Of a stretch of DNA of 64,000 bases, positions 37,101 to 49,696 are shown in pieces. The stretch is from Azolla caroliniana (lineage: Eukaryota; Plantae; Polypodiophyta): assembly GCA_043228905.1 (NCBI GenBank), contig JBHGNT010000022.1, forward strand, positions 6,510,001 to 6,574,000. The letters are read 5' to 3'. The notes under the pieces were generated by a model. It was not told the DNA's origin. It saw only the letters and a list, made by a program, of their open reading frames with translations, and did no database searches. The position numbers and the translations under genes were made by a program. How positions within the stretch are numbered: position 1 is the first letter of the stretch; each line of letters starts with the position of its first letter.

Positions 37101-38698
37101 CAGGTCTTGAAGCCTCCGGTAGTTGACGTGGCCTATCCGCTTGTGCCATAGGTCGATGTCCGACTCGACCTTTTGTCGTTTCGCGAACAAAGCGGTGCCA
37201 ATGTCATTGGTGTTGAGGATAAACATCCTCCCGTCTCTGCGCCCTTGCGCAATGACTTCGCCCTCATCTTCAATGAAGCACCCGAGGTGCGTAAACCGCA
37301 CCCGCATCCCTTGGTCGACAATCTGACCGATGGACACCAGGTTCTTCGTGATCGTCGGAACATGTAATACGTTCATCAGCTTCCCTTTCTGTCCGACGTG
37401 GATTAGAGGAACTTCTCCGACGTGCACGATTGGGTGTGGAGTGTCGTCTCCGGTTTCGACTACTCTTGGTTGATCCGGTTTCTCCAGAAAGGAGAACCAC
37501 TCTTTGTGGCTCGTCATGTGGTTCGACGCGCCGGAATCAACATACCACACTTCCTCCGTTTTGGAAGTGGTCTTCTTCATTGAGTTTGCCTTGTGATTCA
37601 TCACCAAGGCTGGCCCCTTACCGGACTTTCCGATTCCGGATCCTCCTGATCCGTTTGCGTAGTGCGAGTTTTGCCGGCCATCCTTACTGGTCTTGCCGGA
37701 TCCGGATTTTTCCGAATCGGCACGCTTTCTCCAACACTCGCTTTCCCTGTGGCCTTTTTTGCCACAGGACCAGCATTCCGTAGCGGATTTGTCTTGCCGG
37801 CCTCCGGCACCGCCTTGACTCCCCCTGCTTGTGGAAGTCTCGGAACTGCTATCGGCACACTCATAGTGCCTCCGTTCCTGCTCTTGCCGGCCGCCTCCAT
37901 TGCGTGCCGACCCACCTCTTCCACCACGCCCACAGTGCCGATCCGTTCCCGTGTACAGCATCCGGTTGTCCGGGGATGCACTGGTAGATGCACCGGTGTG
38001 GTTCTCCTCTACAAGGAGCATCGACTGTAAGTCGAAGAATGAGGGGGTATTCTCCCTTGTACACACCGCACTCTGGAACGCTCTGAACTTGGACACCAGG
38101 CCTCCGAGACATACCTGCACCATCTCGTCTTCCTCTACGGTAACATTGATAGAGGCGAGCGAGTCGCAAATCTCCTTTATCCGGCCCGTGTAGTCTGCGA
38201 CGGACATGTTCTTCTGTCGAACATTGCTCAACTCCTGTCTGAGTTGCAACTTCCGCGCAGTGGTGCTTGCGGCGAAGACCTTTTTCAGGTTCCCCCAAGC
38301 ATCCTTCGGTGTCTTGGCGTCATGGATGTGGCTGAGCAGCTGATCGCCAACACTGGATGCGAAGCAGTACATCACCCTGCTTGCCGCCTGTTCCCATACC
38401 GGGAAGTCCTTGTGTGCCGAGTCTGGCGCCGCATCATTCGCTCCTTCGACATAACTCCAGTACCCGTGTCCAAGCAAGTACTGGTGCAACTTGTAAGACC
38501 AGGATGTGTAGTTGCTCCTGTCGAGCTTTTCCACTGGGAGCGACGTAGCCATGCCTCTATCCATGTCTTCTACTGTGTCTGTTTTCAACCTGTTAGGGTT
38601 TTCTTCTCAAGAGTAAATGTCTGCAACAGAGGTTCTCAACCCTCGCGCTCTGATACCATGTAAACGTGAGTGTTTGCGGAAGCGTAAAACAGAGAACA

Positions 38699-38737
<39 letters not shown>

Positions 38738-39069
38738 AGAACGTAATTTCCAAAATTATATCAAGAGTCTACTCCTTTCACACTGTGCTAAGTAGTACTA
38801 TTTATACAAGTGTTCTTGGGACTGACAGAAGTACCATGTACTTCAATGCTCACACGAGCATCTGACACTTACTACGAGACTATAGATACCTAGTAGTCTA
38901 TCCTATTCTAGGCTTCCAATTGGATTGCCGGTTACGGATTGCACCCGGCCTCCACTACTTGCCGGTTTGGTTGCTCATCGTCATACCGATCCGTTTCGCC
39001 CAATCCGTCTCGCTTACCGGCTTCGGCTTATTCAGCCGATCCGGCTCCGGTTGAGCTTGCCGCTCAACA
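34131..39069 (-). mobile_element. Element L: Ty1/Copia of the H family, 3' end deleted
   Basis: 5' LTR 38659-39069 matches the H LTR. PBS Met at 38645-38658. ORFs 36726-38588, 35579-36922 and 34098-34865. Confidence 0.92.
36726..38588 (-). CDS. gag: Copia Gag-protease-integrase N-part (element L)
   Basis: Open 620 aa with [17 protein letters not shown] and HSDVWGP. Frameshift at ~36745. Confidence 0.9.
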   Translation of the reverse strand: MKTDTVEDMDRGMATSLPVEKLDRSNYTSWSYKLHQYLLGHGYWSYVEGANDAAPDSAHKDFPVWEQAASRVMYCFASSVGDQLLSHIHDAKTPKDAWGNLKKVFAASTTARKLQLRQELSNVRQKNMSVADYTGRIKEICDSLASINVTVEEDEMVQVCLGGLVSKFRAFQSAVCTRENTPSFFDLQSMLLVEENHTGASTSASPDNRMLYTGTDRHCGRGGRGGSARNGGGRQEQERRHYECADSSSETSTSRGSQGGAGGRQDKSATECWSCGKKGHRESECWRKRADSEKSGSGKTSKDGRQNSHYANGSGGSGIGKSGKGPALVMNHKANSMKKTTSKTEEVWYVDSGASNHMTSHKEWFSFLEKPDQPRVVETGDDTPHPIVHVGEVPLIHVGQKGKLMNVLHVPTITKNLVSIGQIVDQGMRVRFTHLGCFIEDEGEVIAQGRRDGRMFILNTNDIGTALFAKRQKVESDIDLWHKRIGHVNYRRLQDLQTKRVVFGLPKFSGRRAEICEACQLGKQHRLPSPTERNRSRNKLDLIHSDVWGPAQSVSLGGSRYFVSFIDDYTRHTWIYLIERKSEVFDCFRSLQKMVERESERKIKCLRSDGGKEYFFQPIH

Positions 39070-41720
39070 ATACTGATGTATGCTACGTGGACACGAAATC
39101 TCATGGTGGTTCACAATATTTCGTGACCTTCATAGACGACTGTAGCTAGAAGTTGTAAGCATCCATGCTGAAGACGAAGAATCAGGTGCTATCTGTCTTC
39201 AAAGAGTTCCAAGTGAGGGACGAGAGGGAAATCAGCCGAAAGCTGAAGTCAATCTGAGCGGACAATGGTGGAGAGTACCGTGGACCATTCGAATAATATT
39301 GCCGAGCGTAGGGAATCCGACTCAAGTATACCATGTTGAATAAGCCAAAGCTTAAAGGGTTGGCCCAGAGAATGAACTAGACTGTAATGGAGAGGGTCTA
39401 AAGTATGCTTGAACATGCAAAGTTATCGAAGACGTTATGGGCTGAGGCGCTGATGACGGCAACGTATGTGATAAACCAATCACCCTTAGTACCCTTGGAT
39501 GGTGATATTCCACAAAGGGTGTGGAGCGACAAAGACGTTTCATACTAACACTTGAGGGTGTTTGCCTATCTTGCCTATGTGCATGTTGCAAAGGACCAGA
39601 GGGGAAAGTTGGACCCAAAATGTCGGCCATGTATATTTCTCGGCTACGGTGACAACGAATTCGGCTATCGTCTATCAGCTATGGGACTTAGCTGAGAAGA
39701 AGGTGATTAGGGGCTGAGACATCGTCTTCATGGAAGAGAAGAAGATTGTCAATTGGGAGATTGAGAATAAATCTCCAACTACCGAATCGAGCTGAGTTGA
39801 TGCTTGGCCAAATCTACTAGAAGTTGATTGGATCGAAATCAAATTTGACCCTGTCGGCCGATTTAATACTCGGCAAAATCAAGAGTCAACTGAAGAACAA
39901 GGGGAACCAGTCGAATGAGGAATTGAATTTGACTCGCCAAAGAAGTTGAAGAAGAACCGACTGTGTCGAATGGAGGCCGAAGATACCCCTTGAGAGAGAG
40001 AAGGCCCCCTTGGAGATTCCCCGATATTGAATATGTGTTGTTAACCGATGAAGGGGACCCAGAAAGCATTGAAGAAGCTAAGAACAATACCCACAACTGA
40101 AAGTGGTTAAGTGCCATGCAAGAAGAGATGGATTCCTTGCATGAGAACTACCCATACAAATTGACCAAGTTGCCAAAAGGGAAGAAGGCACTTCGGAACA
40201 AGTGGGTATACAAATTGAAGCCCGGAGAAAGCGGAAATCCACCTAGGTACAAAGCATGAATTATTGTGAAAGTCTTCAAGCAGAAGAAGGATGTGGATTT
40301 CGATGAGATATTTTCCACGATCATAAAGATGACGTCAATCTCAACAGTGTTGATCATAGCGGTCAACATGGATCTCGAAGTCGAGCAACTAGACGTCAAC
40401 ATTGCCTTCCTCCATGGAGATTTGGAGCAAGAGATTTACATGCACCATCTGGAAGGATTCGTGGTGAAAGGTAACGAAAACCTCGTATGCCGATTGAGAA
40501 AGAGTCTATATGGGTTAAAGCAGGCACCTTGGCAATGGTACCAAAAATTCAGATCTTTCATGGTGGATCACGGTTTCGGCAAGACACAAGCTAATCATTA
40601 CGTATTTTTCAAGAAGTATGATAGAAGAGATTTTCTCATCCTCCTGTTGTATGTTGATGACATGTTGATTGTTAGACAAGACCTGAAGAAAATCGGAAGC
40701 TTGAAGAAGGCCTTGAGTAGGTCATTCTAGATGAAGGATATGGGTTCGGCAAAGCAAATCCTGGGAATGCACATTGTTCGGGATCGACCAAAGATATTGT
40801 TATGGCTGTCATAGGAGAAGTATGTGACAAAGGTGCTCTAGAGATTTGGCATGGAAAGCGCGAAACCGATCGGCTTGACACTGCCGACAAACTATAAGTT
40901 ATCCGGAAGCTAGAGTCCGAAATTGAAAACTAAGAAGGCCGAGATGTCAAAAGTCCCTTATGCCCCGGCAATCAGAAGCCTGATATACGCAATAGTGTGT
41001 ACAAGGCCAGACATTGGATACACAGTTAGAGTGGTTAGTCGATATATGAGAAATCTCGGAAGAGAGCATTGGGCACCGATCAAGTGGATACTTCAGTACC
41101 TAAGAGGCACCTCGAGCGTGTGTCTCCTATTTGGCTTGGGTAACCCCACACTGGAAGGTTATACTGATTCAAACATGTTAGTTGATGTGGATACCAGCTG
41201 AACCATGTCCGGATATGTGATAACTTATGCAGGGGGAGCCGTCTCATGGCAGTCGAGGCTATAGACGACCGTGGCATTGTCGACCACGGAAGCCGAGTAT
41301 ATTGCCGCAATGGAAGACGGCAAGAAGAATTCCGACTCCACTGCGATAATCAGAGTGTCATCCACCTTGCAATGAATGGCTCCTACCACTCAAGGACTAA
41401 GCACATCCAGAGGAGATACCATTGGCTCCGAGAGTGAGTAGAAGAGAAGGAGTTTTCTCTAGTGAAGGCGCATACAACGGAGAATGGGTCGGACATGCTA
41501 ACGAAGGTTTTGTCAACCAAAAAGTTAAATGAGTGTTGATAAAGGGTTGGATTGGTGAAGTACCGCATGCCGGAGTGAAGGGGGAGTTTGTTGGGAAAAT
41601 AGGTCTGTTCGGATGGGAAGAAGAGAACGAATTGAATCGAAGACACATGGGCAATTCAGATGAGGCCAAAATCGGAAATTGAAATTGAAATCGATTTTAT
41701 AACCGATTCGGGAGAATGCC
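39070..41720 (+). mobile_element. Element M: degraded Copia (A-like) INT-RT-RH with PPT and start of the 3' LTR
   Basis: TDVCYVD..YFVTFIDD, LYVDDML, YAGGAVSW. PPT GAAGGGGGAG, then TGTTGGG at 41589. Confidence 0.85.
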
Positions 41721-42569
41721 ATGGCACGTCGAACCCATCCTCCTTTTCTACTCGTCATCCAAAGTATCGAGGAAATTCGGTTCCGGGCGCTCATCGTTGT
41801 TTATCTTAACAGGCGGTGCCGTGAGGTGGATAGGCTCTCCATTTTCCGGCTCGGCCGGAGGTCCCTGCATCATGGTTTCTGCATTTGCTATGTCTCCCTC
41901 CTGATGGTTGGCCATCACATCCTCCTGCAACGTTGCCACCGGTGGTTTCGTTCGTATTTCCTCCTCTACGCACGTGGGAGTCTGGTCTAGGTCTCTTTGT
42001 AGCGCCTCATTCGCCACGACTACCGGAGCAGGGGACATAATGGTAGGTGCGGCCGTTGTCGTAACCTCCAGAGCTACATCTTGTTTCTTGCAGACTCCCG
42101 TGCTGTTCCGCAGAATTGCTCTCTAGTAGGATGATGGCCATAAATAATGTCAAAATGTATTGACGTTGTAGATCATACCCAAAGCGTCACACTCTGTTGT
42201 CGAATAGTTCCGTTCGGCATCTGACAATTTGCGACTAGAATAGTATACTAGCCGATACCAGTTGGGCTTAGTGAGCTGCATAAGTGCGCTACCGATGGCT
42301 ATGTCGAAGGCATTGACAAATACATGGAATGGCTTTGACCAGTCTGGAGGTTGTACTACAGGTGCTTGTGTAAGCATCACCTTTAGTGCTTCGTACGTCT
42401 TATCCTCTGTTGTAGTCCATTTGAATGGTGTGCGGTGCACCACGGTGTGTAGCGGTGTTGCGAAATCCGCCAAATAACGGAGCATACGGCTGTGCCAGGG
42501 GATTTTCCCCCCAAAATGGCTAAGGGCCTTTGCATTACTAGGGGTTTTAGCCTGGACTATGTTGTTCAT
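41721..42569 (-). pseudogene. Deleted remnant of a G-like Gypsy (RT/RH piece joined to the extra-ORF tail)
   Basis: ORF 42150-42569 is near-identical in motif to G pol (WHSRMLR, PVVQPPDWSK). ORF 41748-42038 ends like the G ORF 57261-58823. Confidence 0.75.
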
Positions 42570-43019
42570 TCCATTTTTGTTCTGCGTTGATTTCTGAAGG
42601 AAGAGGGAGTCCTTTGCTCGCGTAGGAGGTCCGTGTGCTCCTGATCAAAAGCTTGCTAAAGCTTGTGTGTGTGAGTGTCGGGAGCTCGAAGCTGTGTCAC
42701 CAGCTGTGTCTGGTTGTAGTCACCTATTTTCTTTTGCTAATTTACAGTGTCCTAAGTCGTTCCTATCACCATCTTATTTCTGTTACATGCGCGTATCCGT
42801 TCAAGTGAGCCCGTGAGCTCGTTCTTGCTACTTGGCTACCGGCCTGGAGCAACATTTGTCACTGAGCCGAGCACTCACTATCTGGCATCCAGGAACCGAT
42901 CTGGACCGGATACGTGCCGGAAACCGATCCGATTGAGCTATCCAGACAACGTTCCGGATAAGATTTCTTTTGTCACCAACTCCTTGGTCCAAGACCCCGG
43001 TGGTCCCACCCCGTTCCGA

Positions 43020-43830
43020 GTCATGGAAAATATGTTGCTGAGGGCACGGTACGACAATTAGGACAACATGGTGTCAGAAGACGAAGAAGTCGGTGTGGAC
43101 TTCTTCGAGTCAGGTCGAATGACGGTGAACAAATGAAGAATTGCGGCCCTTAACGAGTTTGACGAGAATGACTACGAGGGGGAGTGGCTTCTAATCGGAA
43201 GGTTCCTAAGCACGATGGGACTGGACGTGTCGTGGACAAAGGGGGAAGTGGGTTGGATCAGGAAGAAGGCGTACTAGTTCTTCTTGAGGAATGACAAGAT
43301 ATGGAGGCATCCGAAGAAGCGGAACCTGGCATGCCGCTCTGGGTGGTGACAAAGGAGGAGAAACATTTGGTGCTCGTGTCGGAGTTCCACGAGAGTCCTC
43401 GGTCCGGAGACCAGGGAACGTGCACCACGTTCAAGAAGCTTCAGGAGAAATATTGGTGGCCTAACATGTACAAGGACGTGCACCACTTTGTGATGACATG
43501 TGAGAGCTGCCAAGTGTATTCCAAAGTCCGGCACCGGGACGAGTTAGACCCGACCTACCTGCCGACCATTCACTTTAAGTGGATGGTCCACCTAGTCATG
43601 ATGCCGATTAGGGTAAGACAAATGTGGTACCTAATGATTGCGTGAGAATACCTGACAAACCAAGTGGAGGGCCGAGCATTGGCGAACAAGATGTCTACAA
43701 TAGTATGTTGGTTCCTAATCAAGGATGTGATTTGATGGTATGGGTGTATGGAAAAGATCGTGGTTGACCGAGGGGAGCTGGATGCGCAAGAAGCCGAAAA
43801 GATCGTGGCTAACCGAGGGGAGGTGTACGG
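43020..43830 (+). pseudogene. F-family RH/integrase remnant
   Basis: MVSEDEEVGVDFFE, KYWWP.MYKDVH, CESCQ. Collinear with 10480-12120. Confidence 0.85.
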
Positions 43831-44299
43831 ATGCGCACGAAATCGCCTTCATGTACAAACATTGTAAATACTCTAGGACTAGTAAGTACTAGGTAGTGTG
43901 ACTTGTATGGGTACTTTAATGTCCCATGGAAGTAAGGAATAAATTATATGATGTGAGAGAGAATCAAGGGAAGAATCGTTGACAAAAATGGCTATCAAAC
44001 GGGGAGCTTTTGAACTGTTGGAGAGGATCCACGATTTGGGAGAACAAAGTGTTGCTGGAATGAGCTTTGCAGGTTTCCTTCCTATTCTTTGTTTTCCACT
44101 TTCCTATTGTGGCATTGCGAGGCCTTCTTTAAGTGTGAACCCTTCTCATCTTACTCCATTTTAACGCATATTCGCGGAAAACCACGACAACGGTTGATGT
44201 TGAGGAAGAGTACTAACTTTTACCTTGTCAAAAATGTCGGCATAATGGTGATACTTCTTTGGAAGTTTAATTGTTGACTCCTCCTTAGTGATACTATAA

Positions 44300-45230
44300 G
44301 GTTTCACGGACACTACGGATACAAAATTGATTCCTTGCATCCTTCCTCACGCAATTGACATAGAGAAATGGTTGAAATTCTATGGGTAGCTTCTCGAGGT
44401 TGACAATACATGATTTCTCTTGTTCTCGAATCAATTTCGGGGTTGTATAATTCAAACCATGGTAACCCCGCAACAATTGGATGCTCTGGACTACAGTAAT
44501 TATATTAATTGATATTTCACATGCCAAAATATCTAGGACAATACGAACCGGTTCTTATTCTTCCACAATACTTCTAGAAGCAATGGAGTGACCATCGATG
44601 ACTATTACAGAAACTGGGCAAGGAAGTTTTCTTAGGTGTAAAAGAATAGTGTGTGTGTGGAAGCGTAACAAACACAACCGTGTAACACAGATGACGAAGA
44701 GAAGGTTTAATGGAAAGGTTTGAACATGACACAACATATGCAGGAGAGACAGAGAATGAGAGAGAGAGTGAGTAGAACACACAGAACTTAGATTCAAAAA
44801 TAACTCTCAGTCACTCTATACAAGATGCACTCAATCGGTGCTTTTTATACAAGTCCTTATGGACAGACAAAAGTACTGTTAGAGTACTAACACATACTTC
44901 AATGCTCATTAATGAGCTTCCTACACTAACTCGCAAAATTATTCCTTACGAGGAATAATGCTCTAACGGCCTTTGTGCGTGCGGTTTTACGCAGCCAGTC
45001 TACGCACTAGGTTACGCACCCATTTACACACCCAATGTTAAGCTTGTATCTCAACATTAGGGATATTTGATGAACTTGGACAAAATTCCTATCCTTGAAG
45101 CAAGAATTGGCTCCGGAATCTAAGAGTGCTAAGGCATGTATTGGAGGATTACTTGTAGTACTAACTGTTACTTGAGCTAAGAACACCTTGCTAACTTGCT
45201 TCGTGGGAATGGAACCACTAATGGGCTGCA
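44300..45230 (-). pseudogene. Chromovirus-like Gypsy protease remnant, split by a solo LTR
   Basis: ALLDSGANSCF, then VIVIDG, then GLPWFELYNPEID across frames. Confidence 0.6.
44637..45056 (-). mobile_element. Solo Copia LTR (related to D), TSD TTAGG
   Basis: Minus strand TGTTGAGATACAAGCTTAACA...TTTTACA, 420 bp. Shares GAGCATTGAAGTA and GGACTTGTATA blocks with D. TTAGG on both flanks. Confidence 0.88.
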
Positions 45231-45239
45231 CAAATCGAG

Positions 45240-45527
45240 GGGTGTCCAACCAAATGACTCCTTTAACAAAGCAACATGTCCCACTAATAACCGTGGATAC
45301 ATTGAACACCATAACTGAATGCGTTGATTAGCATTATTGGGTGCATAGATTCCTACCAAGAATATCAAATCCTCAAAATACTTGACTTCCATCACCAAAA
45401 AACGTCCATATGGATCATTATAAACTATATGTGGACAAAACGAATCATGAATAATCATGACAACCCCTGAGTAATGATGTGATAACTGTCCTGCATAATA
45501 TGCGGAATATCCACGCAAATGTAACAC
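45240..45527 (-). pseudogene. LINE apurinic-like endonuclease fragment
   Basis: SGV.MII, DPYGRFL, LVGIYAPN..QR.QLW motifs typical of L1-clade EN. Confidence 0.65.
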
Positions 45528-46511
45528 AGATCTTGCTAAATCATGACACTTATGTTCAACTACACATAAAACATCCCAATCTTTATCAAATAAAGTTTTC
45601 CATAATATATATTTCTTATGAGGAGAAGATAGAATGCCATTTCAACCTGTCTTACCTCTGGAACCATTCCAAAAATGGGGACTACATTTTGTCGGCCCAT
45701 TTAAACCAGTAGCAATCAGAACAGGAAATCGGTATATTATAGTAGCTACCGATTACTGCACCAAATGGGTAGAAGCTAAACCCTTATGAGATAACACGGC
45801 AACATCGACAAAAAAGTTATTGTACGAAAATATATGGCGCTGATTTGGGTGTCCCATCGAATTAGTAAGCGATCAAGGTACTCATTTCATTAATAAAATT
45901 ATACATGAAATATCAACATATTATGTTGTAGTACATAAGAAAAGTACTCAAGAAAATCGTAAATGAGAATGGGACAGATTAGGATCAGAAGCTAAATAGT
46001 GCTCTATGGGCCTATTGTACATCGTATAAAATAGCTATTAAATCCACTCCATTTAGAATGGCATTTGGATTGGAGGCAGTAATGCGGATAGAATTTCAAG
46101 TTCCAACACTTTGGGTACAAGTTACCGAAAGATTAGATGAAGTAAAATCGGAACAAGTTCGGAAGCAACAATTACTGTTGTTAGAGGAGAGTCGAATTCA
46201 AGCAATGTCGGCACTGGAGCAAAAACAACGACAAACAAAGGCATTTGTAGACCGACTTAGACGGCAAAAAGAAAACCAATTCATAATTGGCAAATTAGTT
46301 TTAGTTTTCTAGAGTAAAATGGGGTCTATGCCTGGAAAACTTCGATTCCGGTGGACGGGACCATTCTGGATTGTCGATAGCAAGAATGATACGTATCAAG
46401 TCGGCGCGCTGTCATGAGAAGTTTTATCAAAATGGGTAAATGGTTTTCGACTCAAACCTTATTAGGGTTCGATGCCAGAAAATCCCTTTCGGGTTGAATC
46501 CGATGTGGCGT

Positions 46512-49500
46512 TGTCGTGCCTTTCGGCTCCGGATCGTTGCGTGAGTCGGGTGGGAACCGCCGAGGTTTTGGACTAGGAGAAAGAAGAATATGAGATGAGG
46601 CTAGTAATGAATAGATTATTAGAAAGAGAGATAGAAATTTCGTGAATCCCACGAGTGTATTGTATTCGATTAATCAATATTTAGATAAGAATATGTATTT
46701 AGATTGAAAGAAAGATATAAGAAACTTGTGAATCCCACAAGTATAGATTATATTATTTTCGTGAATCCCACGATTATATTAATCGGTTGGTGTTTTCGGA
46801 AATATATCCAATTTCCAAATATTTCACACACTATTACATTGTGCTCCCCATCCTTATGTAGTGATGGGAGAGACTAAGCATAGCTACATGCTTTTTTTTC
46901 TAATATGTTCATGCACACTAAATATGCATGTGATGCTTTTCTAATCCTCGCTTTTATTTGCTAAATATAGTGCTCATGCACGCTAGATGTGCATGAGTCA
47001 CTTTTTAGTTGCTTGTATTTTTCTATAAAATATTCACGCACTCTAAAAATGCATGATTTACCTTTTTAATAAAGGTAGGCGCAAATAAAGCACTTATATT
47101 TATTAAATCTATTTGTAGAACACTAAAGATAAGGTAGTATAATGGTAAAGTTGAGGTTTGGCTACGTGGAGGTATAGGGTTCAAATCCTGCCCTATGCAC
47201 GTGATAAATATCTTGATATATTATTTTATTTATTTATATGTAATTAAATCAGTTATATTATTTTTACTTTTTCACGTAGTGTACGAAATACACTACGACA
47301 CTCGCCCCCTCCGAACCCGCACATCCTCCGGTATGTGCCGAAGTTGCCGATGCTCGTTGTCTCCCCTTCATCCTCTGTTTGTCCCGCTATGTCAACTTTG
47401 TCTCTCCATTTTGAGTAGACCCATTCTTTCCACCCGAACCATTGTCGCCATCCGATCCACCATATTCTTTGTTCTCTCTCGTCATATTCTTGGCCCTTGT
47501 CATTCGTGGTAGTGTCTTTTACTGGCCTCTTTCTTGTCTTCATCAACCTTGACTTTTTTCCGGATCGCTCTCGTCCGATCGACTTTTGGTTTGATCGGCG
47601 TCCGATCGGATTCATATTTGGTCGAATCGGAATCGGTTGTTCGGTTTCGATTGAGTCGGTCTCCTTCCGGCCTGGTTTCGATCTATCGATTTCGGTTTTG
47701 GTTGGCTTTCTTTTCCTCGTTTTCACCAGCCTCGACCGGTCCAACCCCTAGTTGAGTCGGATTAGCTTCTTTCCGGATCGGTCTCGTTTGTGTCGTCTTT
47801 CGGCCGAATTCTCTTCCTTTCGGTTCGGCTTTCTTTCGGGTCGACTTTCGGTCGAATCCTCTTTTACCCGGTTCGGCTTTCTTTCGGATCGGAATCCTGT
47901 CCGGATCACCTTCCATCCGAACCGGCTTCCGACTTTACCTTTCTTGCCGCCACCTCCCGTCTCTCCGGTCTCACGTTGGTTCTCGGACACAACCGCCGAA
48001 GTCTCTAGAATTAGTGGGTAGGAATCCTCGGTATTATCATCTTCCGTTGTTTCACCCATAGCCATGTTCTCCTTGGCTATCTCTCCTTCGTATGCATCGG
48101 CTTCGACCTTCGTTTCGTTGCCGCCACTTTCCTTATCTTCGGTGTTATGTCGACACCCGGGCTCCAGTACCGAAGTCTCCGAAACAATGGTGAAGGAATC
48201 CCTTCGTTCGTGCTCATTTACTTTGTCTTCCTCGTTGCCCTTCCGGTCCTCCACTTTTCCACCGACACATTCCGTCTCTCCGGTCTCACGTTGGTGCACG
48301 GGCACAGCCGCCGAAGTCTCTGGAACCGGTGTGGGGATACCCTTTCGTCCTCGATCTTCCTCCTCCTCGTCCTTTGTTGGCCTCGACTTTGGTTCGGTTT
48401 TAAGCTCCCCTTCAATGTCGACTTGCGACTTTTCATGCATCTCCGAACCCTTCCGCATCAAGCTCTCCTTCGGTGGTAGTCGGTGGCCGCTTTTCACCCA
48501 CTGTTGACCGCCGTTCGTGGACCATGTCCTCGTCCGCTTCGGTCTTAGATAGTCATATGTGTCTCGTATAGCTTCTTCAAAGGACTCCCACATCGGGCTT
48601 TGTTGTCGTATCTCGTGGATTCTCTCTTGAAGCTCATCCGTAGCCACCTGGTTGAAAGATAACACTTGCAATCTTTCTGAGATACCATATCGCAACATCT
48701 CCATTTTGTAGTCACGTAGATAGCGTGACACGTCCTTTCCATCGAATTGCCCGTTCTGTTGCACGAGCCGTTGTACTACTGTCGTGATCTCCGACATCTC
48801 GCGTTGTTCTTGTAGCATTCTCTCGAACATCATCATCATCATGTTCATCGCCTCTTGTTGATTCTCCATCTCCTTGCCACCCGCCTTCACGTCGGGTTCA
48901 CCAACTGTGTCGTGCCTTTCGGCTCCGGATCGTTGCGTGAGTCGGGTGGGAACCGCCGAGGTTTTGGACTAGGAGAAAGAAGAATATGAGATGAGGCTAG
49001 TAATGAATAGATTATTAGAAAGAGAGATAGAAATTTCGTGAATCCCACGAGTGTATTGTATTCGATTAATCAATATTTAGATAAGAATATGTATTTAGAT
49101 TGAAAGAAAGATATAAGAAACTTGTGAATCCCACAAGTATAGATTATATTATTTTCGTGAATCCCACGATTATATTAATCGGTTGGTGTTTTCGGAAATA
49201 TATCCAATTTCCAAATATTTCACACACTATTACATTGTGCTCCCCATCCTTATGTAGTGATGGGAGAGACTAAGCATAGCTACATGCTTTTTTTTCTAAT
49301 ATGTTCATGCACACTAAATATGCATGTGATGCTTTTCTAATCCTCGCTTTTATTTGCTAAATATAGTGCTCATGCACGCTAGATGTGCATGAGTCACTTT
49401 TTAGTTGCTTGTATTTTTCTATAAAATATTCACGCACTCTAAAAATGCATGATTTACCTTTTTAATAAAGGTAGGCGCAAATAAAGCACTTATATTTATT

Positions 49501-49696
49501 AAATCTATTTGTAGAACACTAAAGATAAGGTAGTATAATGGTAAAGTTGAGGTTTGGCTACGTGGAGGTATAGGGTTCAAATCCTGCCCTATGCACGTGA
49601 TAAATATCTTGATATATTATTTTATTTATTTATATGTAATTAAATCAGTTATATTATTTTTACTTTTTCACGTAGTGTACGAAATACACTACGACA
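46512..49696 (-). mobile_element. Element J: complete, very young non-autonomous LTR retrotransposon (I-like LTRs), 4-bp TSD GCGT
   Basis: 789-bp LTRs 46512-47300 and 48908-49696 appear identical. PBS Trp at 48887-48903. PPT GGAGGGGGCGAG. The 1.6-kb interior lacks pol. Confidence 0.95.
47748..48890 (-). CDS. Gag N-terminus fused to ETSA-repeat region (element J)
   Basis: QFDGKDVSRYLRDYKMEM as in I gag, then three P..ETS.V..RETGE..GG repeats. No zinc knuckle. Confidence 0.7.
   Translation of the reverse strand: MKAGGKEMENQQEAMNMMMMMFERMLQEQREMSEITTVVQRLVQQNGQFDGKDVSRYLRDYKMEMLRYGISERLQVLSFNQVATDELQERIHEIRQQSPMWESFEEAIRDTYDYLRPKRTRTWSTNGGQQWVKSGHRLPPKESLMRKGSEMHEKSQVDIEGELKTEPKSRPTKDEEEEDRGRKGIPTPVPETSAAVPVHQRETGETECVGGKVEDRKGNEEDKVNEHERRDSFTIVSETSVLEPGCRHNTEDKESGGNETKVEADAYEGEIAKENMAMGETTEDDNTEDSYPLILETSAVVSENQRETGETGGGGKKGKVGSRFGWKVIRTGFRSERKPNRVKEDSTESRPERKPNRKEENSAERRHKRDRSGKKLIRLN

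Noticed and set aside
47128-47200. Functional tRNA gene
   Set aside because: The anticodon and acceptor stems do not pair properly; kept only as a degenerate tRNA-like cassette.
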